The position numbers and the translations under genes were made by a program. DNA of 32,000 nt from Pyrobaculum aerophilum str. IM2 (GTDB lineage: Archaea; Thermoproteota; Thermoprotei; Thermoproteales; Thermoproteaceae): NCBI RefSeq assembly GCF_000007225.1, contig NC_003364.1, positions 390,001 through 422,000 of the forward strand. The letters are read 5' to 3'. The notes beneath the pieces are model-generated. The model saw only the letters and a program-made list of their open reading frames with translations, searched no databases and was not told where the DNA came from. Shown piece after piece: positions 25,842 to 32,000 of the stretch. The number at the start of each line of letters is the position of its first letter. The first letter of the stretch is position 1.

Positions 25842-26306
25842 TTATAGGTAGTCGAGAAACTCGCTTAGAAAACGTATAGTAAGGTAGTCTAAATACTGGG
25901 TCCCGGCTGCCACTAGTTTTTTCCCGCCTCTCCTTATTACGTAGATGTATATTCCATTACGACTTGCTTGTAATAATTCTACGTCAAGGCCCTCGTAAGT
26001 GTCGACATCAGGCGGCCGCTCCCCCAACTCCTTTTCGCCAACTTTTACATAAGTAAATCCAAGCAGATCCTTTAGCTCTTCAATTGAGGACGGTATGTAG
26101 CCTACTCTGCCATAGGGGGGTATTACTTTATCTAGTCTTTCTCTCAGCTCCCCGATTTGTTTAATTATCTCCTGCTCTCCGGGGGTGTAACTAATTCCGA
26201 CGTCAGGTGGCAACGGCTGTTGTCTTCTAGCAATGAATAAAATAATTAACGCAAGCACGCCTACGGCGACGGCGAGCAGTGAAAGTTCAAGGATCTGGAG
26301 ATACAT
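25842..26306 (-). CDS. N-terminally membrane-anchored hypothetical protein (154 aa)
   Basis: One N-terminal TM helix (LSLLAVAVGVLALIILFIA). TATA TATATATT about 25 nt upstream. No family recognised. Confidence 0.6.
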   Translation of the reverse strand: MYLQILELSLLAVAVGVLALIILFIARRQQPLPPDVGISYTPGEQEIIKQIGELRERLDKVIPPYGRVGYIPSSIEELKDLLGFTYVKVGEKELGERPPDVDTYEGLDVELLQASRNGIYIYVIRRGGKKLVAAGTQYLDYLTIRFLSEFLDYL

Positions 26307-26371
26307 GTCAGTACAAGGTTGCGAATATATAATAGTTACAATTATTTTATGTCGATTGGCGTTTGGAAGGC

Positions 26372-26419
26372 TCAGCCGTGGCTACTCTTCACTCTGTCAG
26401 AAGACCCTTAGCACATCAC
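26372..26419 (-). ncRNA. C/D box sRNA candidate 4
   Basis: Minus strand reads GTGATGT-GCTAAGGGTCTT-CTGA-CAGA-GTGAAGA-GTAGCCACGG-CTGA. The D guide is only 10 nt. AATAAAATAAA lies about 20 nt upstream. Confidence 0.65.
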
Positions 26420-26444
26420 CGTGTTAATGCGCGTGTTTATTTTA

Positions 26445-26615
26445 TTACTTTATCTCTACTACGCGTCGCCTTGTCTTTATAGTTATTTTCCCAAGCCGGT
26501 GCAAATTGCCTATAAACATCATTGCCAGTCCCAGCGCAACGAGCTCCGGCTCGCTCCCTATAATGCCCATGACTAGTACAAAAGCCCCATATACAACAAC
26601 CATGTATACAAACAT
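26445..26615 (-). CDS. Candidate 56-aa two-helix membrane micro-protein (below the ORF-track cutoff)
   Basis: My translation is MFVYMVVVYGAFVLVMGIIGSEPELVALGLAMMFIGNLHRLGKITIKTRRRVVEIK. It lies 64 nt downstream of nfeD on the same strand and competes with an implausible Cys/His/Arg-rich 63-aa frame. Confidence 0.3.
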   Translation of the reverse strand: MFVYMVVVYGAFVLVMGIIGSEPELVALGLAMMFIGNLHRLGKITIKTRRRVVEIK

Positions 26616-26679
26616 GGCTGAATAACACCCATTGAATATAAAGCCTATGAATAAAGCAGAACAGCGACGTAAACTTGGC

Positions 26680-27966
26680 CTAGCACTGTAGCGGCTCTAC
26701 TTTTAGCATATCTCCTATTGTCTCTACTACGCGTATCCTGCATCCCTTCCTAACGGGGGTGTCGGAGACGGCCCTCCAGTACTCTCCGAATACTTTGACG
26801 AAGCCTGGGCTCTCAGGACCGATGTCGTCTATTGCAACGCCTTCTACGCCTTTGAGACTTGTTAAAAACTCTGAGGGTGGCCGTTGTTTATATAGTATGA
26901 TAATTTTATATATTACGAAACTGAGAAATCCTAAAAATATTGCTATGTCTATATATAATCCTAATTGAATTAACCACCAGTCTTTTATGTGTATTAACTC
27001 GCCGCTGAAGAAATTAGCAGGATATGCGGAGAGAAATCCTATTATTAACAAAACAGCGCCGACGCCGGCCACAGCGCCGTGAGCCGCCATTCCCATTAAG
27101 ATCTCCGCCATAATTAACACGGCCCCCATGATAATTAGCGCTAGCCCGAGCCAAGCGGTTGGCAGAAAGGAGAACATAGATATTACTAATAGTATAATGG
27201 CGGCAACCACTGCCGCGGGGTGTCCTGTTAAAAACGCCGCTAGCAGTAGGATAAATGCAAGAAGGGATAATATGCTAGAGACCACGGGATCGCTTAGCCA
27301 CATCTGTAAGGTTTCTGTTATTGTGGGCTCTGCCCGTTTCAATATAGTACTGGTTATTATTAATTGTGTTTTTTGATTTCTCAGCAATACTAAAGTGCCG
27401 TTTATTTTCTTTAATAAGTCATTAATATCAATAGCTATTACATCTATCACTCTTTGCCTCAGAGCCTCCTCAGCGCCGAGGTTTAAGTTCTGTGTTATAC
27501 ACAGCCGCGCAAAAGTGCCGTTTCTGCCGTAGGATTTAGATACCGTCTCGAGATATCCTATTAATGCGTTAAGGGTTTTAGATTCGTTTATTGGAGTGCC
27601 TCCGGCTATTGGCTGGCAAGACCCAATAACTGTGTGAGGGGCCATGGCAGCTATATGCGTAGACATGAGTATGTAAGTGCCTGCAGACCACGCATAGCTG
27701 TAGTCGGGATAAACATACCCAATTACGGGGACGGGGGAGTTGCCAATTTCTCTCATAATTTGAAGGGTGACGTCTGCCAAACCGCCTGGAGTGGATAATA
27801 ACAAAAGAACAGCTCCGTTGTTCTGTTCTGCTAGTGATATAGCCCTTTGCACTTGTGAAAGAGTATAGGGCCCTATGACGTTGTTTATTTCAACTACGTA
27901 AACTGACGACACAACATAGGCGTGTAAAAAGACTACAGCTAGAGAGAGGAGGACGCCTATTCTCAT
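26680..27966 (-). CDS. nfeD: NfeD/STOPP membrane-bound ClpP-class serine protease with a C-terminal OB (NfeD) domain
   Basis: N-terminal ClpP-like domain (LLLSTPGGLADV, YAWSAGTYILMS), a multi-TM middle region and a C-terminal NfeD beta-barrel (GFVKVFGEYWRAVS...RIRVVE). ATGA overlap with the stomatin gene. Confidence 0.85.
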   Translation of the reverse strand: MRIGVLLSLAVVFLHAYVVSSVYVVEINNVIGPYTLSQVQRAISLAEQNNGAVLLLLSTPGGLADVTLQIMREIGNSPVPVIGYVYPDYSYAWSAGTYILMSTHIAAMAPHTVIGSCQPIAGGTPINESKTLNALIGYLETVSKSYGRNGTFARLCITQNLNLGAEEALRQRVIDVIAIDINDLLKKINGTLVLLRNQKTQLIITSTILKRAEPTITETLQMWLSDPVVSSILSLLAFILLLAAFLTGHPAAVVAAIILLVISMFSFLPTAWLGLALIIMGAVLIMAEILMGMAAHGAVAGVGAVLLIIGFLSAYPANFFSGELIHIKDWWLIQLGLYIDIAIFLGFLSFVIYKIIILYKQRPPSEFLTSLKGVEGVAIDDIGPESPGFVKVFGEYWRAVSDTPVRKGCRIRVVETIGDMLKVEPLQC

Positions 27967-28751
27967 TTCTGTTCTTTTTTACTTATTGCCACTGGGAGAG
28001 CGACGTATTCCATTGTTGGCGGCGTGACTATTATTAAGTTGTGCTCTCTCGCTATTTCAATCAACGCGTCTATCATTCTCAGCTGAACGGCAGTGGGGTT
28101 TTGAGAGTATCTCTCGGCGGCCTCTAAATAGATCTTACTGGCTTCATATTCCGCTGAGGCGAGAGTTATCTTTGCACGCCTCACTCTTTCTGCCTCTGCC
28201 TGGCTCGCCATGGCGCGTAATAACACCTCCGGCAGTTTGATGTCTTTAATAGCCACTGCTGTGACCTTTATGCCCCACGGGGTGACGTGTTCATCCACAA
28301 TAGACGCTATTCTTTTCGCAATTTCATCTCTATGAGAGAGAAGCGTGTCCAAGTCCACCATGCCCACGACGTCGCGAAGAGTAGACGCCGCGTAAATCGC
28401 CACGGCAGGCACGTGATTTCTCACTGTGAGCGCTGTCTTTAAGGCATCTATAACGCGAAGATATATAGCGGCATCTATAGTTACTTCAACGTTGTCTTTT
28501 GTTAAGGCACGCTGTGCGGGCACGTCTACAACCTCTATTCTCAAATCGTAACGCATTATTGTCTCAATTATAGGGATTATGAAAACCAGCCCAGGTCCTA
28601 CCACCCCAACTACGCGGCCAAGTCTAAACTTAACAGCCCTTTGGTATTCAGGTATTATACGTATTGCCGAAGAGAGAATGACGACGAGAACTATCACCGC
28701 GAAGAGGACAAGTATTGCAAATGCAACTTGTTCCACGATCTGTAATATCAT
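27963..28751 (-). CDS. Stomatin/prohibitin-family (SPFH, band 7) membrane protein
   Basis: N-terminal TM helix, then IIPEYQRAVKFRLGRV...DLRIEVVDVPAQRALTKDNVEVTIDAAIYLRV and a coiled AEAERVRRAKI segment. Confidence 0.9.
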   Translation of the reverse strand: MILQIVEQVAFAILVLFAVIVLVVILSSAIRIIPEYQRAVKFRLGRVVGVVGPGLVFIIPIIETIMRYDLRIEVVDVPAQRALTKDNVEVTIDAAIYLRVIDALKTALTVRNHVPAVAIYAASTLRDVVGMVDLDTLLSHRDEIAKRIASIVDEHVTPWGIKVTAVAIKDIKLPEVLLRAMASQAEAERVRRAKITLASAEYEASKIYLEAAERYSQNPTAVQLRMIDALIEIAREHNLIIVTPPTMEYVALPVAISKKEQK

Positions 28752-29262
28752 ATACCTACATACGAACTCTAGTATAAAAGCTTATACCTATGAAGTATAA
28801 AAACCACTTGCTAACTATATACCGATGAGGTGACATGGGGACGGGCTGAGAATGATGTAAATTCCGCGCTACCGAAATCAAATGAAACCTCTCCCGGCAA
28901 CTCAAAAGCGGCGTTATATTCAGTCGCCTGTCCTAATCTCCTCTATGCGCCACACTGGCCTTCACTTGGTTTAGGGAAATCTCTGGCGGTAGACGTACTC
29001 CGCCGTCGGCGTAATAGTCGTAACTTCGGCATTGGCCAATAGCGAGTAACTAATAGGCACGCCATCCACTCCCCGTCTCGCCAAAAGGCCTAACTGAGGC
29101 CCTTATTTGACACAACGCGTAACCTCAAAATTCAAGCGGCTGTTCGCCTTAGCCATATAAAGAAGTGTGCCGGGGCACTGATACCCAGAGGTGATGGAGA
29201 CGTGAAAAACTGCGAAATCGCGGCAAAAACCCTCTAATAGAAATCTCTACAAACGATGCCTT

Positions 29263-29312
29263 TCAGAAGCGAGAAGTCTCATCACGCTCTCGGCCAGTCC
29301 TGGAGTCATCAA
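29263..29312 (-). ncRNA. C/D box sRNA candidate 5
   Basis: Minus strand reads TTGATGA-CTCCAGGACTGG-CCGA-GAGC-GTGATGA-GACTTCTCGCTT-CTGA, with two 12-nt guides. CATATAAAG lies about 29 nt upstream. Confidence 0.75.
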
Positions 29313-29344
29313 CTTTATATAAGCCCTTGTGTAGGCATCTTTAT

Positions 29345-29662
29345 ATGTTAAAACTCGACGAGATTTTAAAAAAGCTTGAGGAAGTAGACAGAGTCGTAAA
29401 AAGCATTGATGACGTAAAGAGACAAGTGATTTCTAATATAGACTCTATTTCTAAGAGGCATTCGGACGAGATAGCTAAAAAAATAGAGGAAATTGTAAAA
29501 AGCGCTATTGCAGAGTACAAAGCAAAGGCGATAGAAGAGGCAAAGAGGGAGGCGGAGAGAATAAATAAGGAAACTGAGGAGAAAATTAAAGCCATAACTA
29601 CTAAATATCAGGAGAGGAAGGCTGATATTGTTAAGAGGGCTTTGGAGGCCCTCAATTTATGA
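29345..29662 (+). CDS. atpH: A/V-type ATPase peripheral-stalk subunit H (V-ATPase G-like coiled coil)
   Basis: 105-aa charged coiled coil (AEYKAKAIEEAKREAERINKETEEKIK). ATG 29345 lies 27 nt after TTTATATAA, whereas the track's TTG 29327 start sits inside the TATA region. ATGA overlap with atpC. Confidence 0.65.
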   Translation: MLKLDEILKKLEEVDRVVKSIDDVKRQVISNIDSISKRHSDEIAKKIEEIVKSAIAEYKAKAIEEAKREAERINKETEEKIKAITTKYQERKADIVKRALEALNL

Positions 29663-30687
29663 GTTCTGTAATTAAGAGGCCGTCGTTAGGCCCTAGAGTA
29701 AGGGGGCTTAGGATTAGGGAATTACCCCGCGAAAAGCTGTTATCTGTAATATACGCCAATACGCTAGAAGAATTTCTAAACGTCCTTAAGACGACCACCT
29801 ATAGTGTGACTCTAGATAGGCTAACTCGCGAAAATCTCTCTGAGTTGCGAAAAAACTTAATAAAGATATATATTGATAGAATAAAATCTATATTCTTAGG
29901 ATCAAGTAATGAAGTAAAATTAGTAATTCTACAATCAATAAAATATTTCGAATATGAAAACATCAGAAATCTCTCTATTGCTATAAAGGCAGGAAAAAGC
30001 CCAGAGGACTTCCTTTTATGGGAGCCCCTTGAATTCAGTAGAAGAAGACATGTAATAGCCGGCTTACTAGGTGCGAAAAACTTGGAAGAAATTGGCGAGA
30101 GACTTCGACAGATGAGACACCCTGCCTATAAGGCTTTTGACATGGCCTTTAAATATGGTGAGGATAAATTGAGTATATTTCTTGATAGACAATGGGTAGA
30201 GGACTTTTCCACATCGCCTCTGGCAGAAAAGGATAAAACATTGCGAATGTTCACGGCAGATATAAAAGAGTATTTTAATACTCTCATAGCGCTGAGGGCT
30301 AGAATTTGGGGATTAACTGAAGAACTTGGCGAATTAATAATCGGCAAGCCAACGCCCATTGTCCAGTCAGCAGTGAGAGATCCCCCTACGCGATTTTTAG
30401 AAAATGCAGAAGCCGCCCCGTGGGGCAAGATTCTATTAGACATGGTGGCTGAGGCTCCTTCACTTGAAAACATAGCGGTCGCAATGGATAATATATATCC
30501 CGCATATATCAAGCGCCTATCTGATATATACACGGCCAGGTTTTCTGAATTCTCCCTAGGCGCCTTGGCCGCACATCTTGAATACATGAGGGCAGAGGTA
30601 TTAACACTAATTAGAGCTGCCTCTCTCTTAGCAGAGGGAGTGCCCGCCGAAAAAAGGCGAAAAATTTTTGAGCCGCTGACCAGATAA
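29659..30687 (+). CDS. atpC: A/V-type ATPase subunit C (eukaryotic subunit d homologue)
   Basis: 342 aa with the repeated helical pattern of AtpC (YEYENIRNLSIAIKAGKSPED, IKEYFNTLIALRARIWGL, HLEYMRAEVLTLIRAASLLAEGVP). Confidence 0.7.
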   Translation: MSSVIKRPSLGPRVRGLRIRELPREKLLSVIYANTLEEFLNVLKTTTYSVTLDRLTRENLSELRKNLIKIYIDRIKSIFLGSSNEVKLVILQSIKYFEYENIRNLSIAIKAGKSPEDFLLWEPLEFSRRRHVIAGLLGAKNLEEIGERLRQMRHPAYKAFDMAFKYGEDKLSIFLDRQWVEDFSTSPLAEKDKTLRMFTADIKEYFNTLIALRARIWGLTEELGELIIGKPTPIVQSAVRDPPTRFLENAEAAPWGKILLDMVAEAPSLENIAVAMDNIYPAYIKRLSDIYTARFSEFSLGALAAHLEYMRAEVLTLIRAASLLAEGVPAEKRRKIFEPLTR

Positions 30688-30688
30688 C

Positions 30689-30952
30689 CTATATTAACAG
30701 TATACTGACTAGTAGCCCGTATATAGCTATTGCCTCTGCAAGCGCCAGGAAGATCAAGTACCACACTCTTTCTTGCGGCTTCTCCACTAGTGCTGACATA
30801 GCTGCGGCGCCTGCTATACCCACGCCTATACCGGCGCCGAGACCCGCGAGGCCAACTGCTAGGCCAGCGCCAATGTACCTTTGCCCATCTGTTGTCTGTG
30901 CAAATGCAATTGTAGCGGCAAGCACAATTGCAAGCAGCGCTTTGGATTTCAT
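30689..30952 (-). CDS. atpK: A/V-type ATPase proteolipid subunit K (c)
   Basis: Gly-rich helix GAGLAVGLAGLGAGIGVGIAG and the carboxylate helix LALAEAIAIYGLLV, plus an N-terminal signal-like helix. Confidence 0.85.
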   Translation of the reverse strand: MKSKALLAIVLAATIAFAQTTDGQRYIGAGLAVGLAGLGAGIGVGIAGAAAMSALVEKPQERVWYLIFLALAEAIAIYGLLVSILLI

Positions 30953-30966
30953 AAGCGCCTAATTTT

Positions 30967-31116
30967 TTAGGTTTTTAAATATTGACGCAACTCCTCTATT
31001 TTTCTATCAATAACAGATATTATCTCCCTCACTTCTCCCTTTACACTGTCCATGACCTTTTCTATTTCTTTATCTATAAGTTCTTTAATAAATACGTTGA
31101 GATCTTTTGCAGACAT
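30967..31116 (-). CDS. Unlisted 49-aa coiled-coil micro-ORF directly upstream of atpK
   Basis: My translation is MSAKDLNVFIKELIDKEIEKVMDSVKGEVREIISVIDRKIEELRQYLKT. ACTTAAAAAC is centred about 24 nt upstream of the ATG, and the stop is 14 nt before the atpK start. Confidence 0.45.
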   Translation of the reverse strand: MSAKDLNVFIKELIDKEIEKVMDSVKGEVREIISVIDRKIEELRQYLKT

Positions 31117-31156
31117 AGAATCATCGTAGGGGAGTGTTTTTAAGTATTAGTTATGT

Positions 31157-31233
31157 CTCTCTTCCGCGCTTCACCTTAACTGTCATCGCCCCACTTTTAT
31201 CCATGGGCGGCCGGAAGCGCGCCGCTTAGAGAG
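31157..31233. other. GC-rich three-tier nested hairpin in the atpD/atpK spacer (candidate structured RNA)
   Basis: Pairings are 31157-31162 with 31228-31233 (CTCTCT/AGAGAG), 31165-31172 with 31214-31221 (CGCGCTTC/GAAGCGCG) and 31187-31191 with 31205-31209 (CGCCC/GGGCG). No ORF in any frame. Confidence 0.35.
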
Positions 31234-31334
31234 GCAGGCGCAGAGGAGTGGAGGACTCTAGGTAACGAAACTACATCGCAACAATCCCTCAACCACGCGT
31301 GGACAACAGCAAGATCATTCAGTTATTTTACTCG

Positions 31335-31934
31335 CTATTGATGCGCCACTATTATTTTCCTCCTTATGAACTCCTCTCTCTCCGCCTCTTCTAACGCCAA
31401 GCGGATGTATTGTATGTTATCTTTAATGCGTGGAATTACGACGTAATCTATAGCGTTAATCATCCTCTGATACTCCCTCACTCTGTTTAGCAATGTGTAA
31501 AAGAGAGTTTCTTTTTCTGCGAATTCTATTAGCTTCTCTAGGAGGGAGCGCATTTTTGCCAACGCTATATCTAACTCCGCGGCCTCTGAGGCAATGCTGT
31601 ATGTTGGGTACGTCACGTAATTACTCACCTCCAGCCCAACGTGAGTCCCCCTGTTTATCAGTTCAACTCTAACCGTCTTGGGAGTCAGCTCTGCTATACT
31701 TTCTATTTTGTCAATGCCGGACTTCGCAACTGCGATCTTAAAGTTCTCAGCAACTTCCACAAAGCCATCCGCTATTTCACGCCGAAGTTTCTCCAGATCT
31801 AACACCAGTGCCCTTATCCTCTGGACTGTGGAGTTCCTCGCATCTTCCAGCGTCTTTTTCATGCGCTGGAATAACGCCAACTGTCTCCTCAACCTAATTA
31901 ACTCAAGCCTTGACGGCGGGGGTCTGAACGACAC
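31335..31934 (-). CDS. atpD: A/V-type ATPase subunit D (central stalk)
   Basis: PSRLELIRLRRQLALFQRMKKTLEDARN... is the typical AtpD N-terminal coiled coil. GTG start 24 nt after TTTAAAAAAAG. Confidence 0.8.
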   Translation of the reverse strand: MSFRPPPSRLELIRLRRQLALFQRMKKTLEDARNSTVQRIRALVLDLEKLRREIADGFVEVAENFKIAVAKSGIDKIESIAELTPKTVRVELINRGTHVGLEVSNYVTYPTYSIASEAAELDIALAKMRSLLEKLIEFAEKETLFYTLLNRVREYQRMINAIDYVVIPRIKDNIQYIRLALEEAEREEFIRRKIIVAHQ

Positions 31935-32000
31935 GCCCCACCCGCCACTACTTTTTTTAAATGTTCACTGCCTATATAGACGTGAAGGAGACGTGGCGGC

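Noticed and set aside
26437-26628. 63-aa minus-strand ORF (MLFSHVCIHGCCIWGFCTSHGH...)
   Set aside because: The sequence is not protein-like. The alternative frame gives a cleaner two-helix membrane peptide, and that too is only low confidence.
28822-28875. C/D-box-like string: GAGGTGA-12 nt-CTGA-GA-ATGATGT-13 nt-CCGA
   Set aside because: The putative terminal C and D boxes are both badly degenerate, the D'-C' linker is only 2 nt, and one guide is 13 nt. This is too weak to call, though RNA-seq could revive it.
28830-29042. 70-aa GTG-initiated ORF in the long spacer
   Set aside because: It has an odd composition (Arg/Ser/Pro/Asn-rich, no hydrophobic core pattern). It has no suitably placed TATA and no family resemblance.
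29327-29344. TTG start for atpH as given by the ORF track
   Set aside because: TTG 29327 lies immediately after the TATA box at 29314-29322. ATG 29345 is at the canonical leaderless distance.
30126-30764. 212-aa minus-strand ORF
   Set aside because: It is antisense to atpC, whose AtpC repeat pattern is recognisable. It also overlaps the atpK 3' end out of frame.
1-32000. Search for CRISPR repeats, IS or transposase genes, integrases, tRNA or rRNA genes and long direct repeats
   Set aside because: None was seen by eye. All sizeable ORFs are housekeeping or orphan genes. Apart from the two A+T features there is no compositional island suggestive of a mobile element.

Overview
The window looks like a core-chromosome segment of a hyperthermophilic crenarchaeon of the Thermoproteales, probably Pyrobaculum. 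GC is about 50%. The 389-aa Orc1/Cdc6 at 20093-21262 matches my memory of the crystallised P. aerophilum Cdc6, but that is recall, not a search.

About 42 protein genes are tightly packed. Most have an A/T-rich TATA-like element centred 22-27 nt upstream of the start codon, the leaderless architecture known for this group.

Recognisable content, left to right:
- Pth2, a 1258-aa pyrolysin-type subtilase and a Nudix hydrolase.
- sdhABCD, PCNA, and fixC-fixX-etfB-etfA (EtfABCX).
- A MoaD-MoaE fusion and a KaiC/RecA-like ATPase.
- Ribosomal protein S7, RFC small and large subunits, and Orc1/Cdc6 followed by an ArsR-type wHTH and a PD-(D/E)xK nuclease.
- MtnA-type isomerase, a PUA-Nop2/Sun RNA methyltransferase and AMMECR1.
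- A stomatin-NfeD pair and four A/V-ATPase subunits (H, C, K, D).

I found no rRNA, tRNA, CRISPR array, IS element or integrase. The ORF track misses five C/D box sRNA candidates with exact box/guide geometry and two sub-60-aa ORFs with their own TATA elements.

I did not find a clear novel multi-gene system. The best leads are:
- A 26% GC island with a Cys-bearing micro-gene between rfcL and orc1/cdc6, a possible origin region.
- A 13% GC tract plus nested palindromes upstream of moaDE.
- The MoaD-GGGG-MoaE fusion.
- The orc1-wHTH-nuclease operon.
- A roughly 500-bp ORF-free spacer and a GC-rich nested hairpin near the ATPase genes.

All functional calls rest on motif and family recognition by eye.
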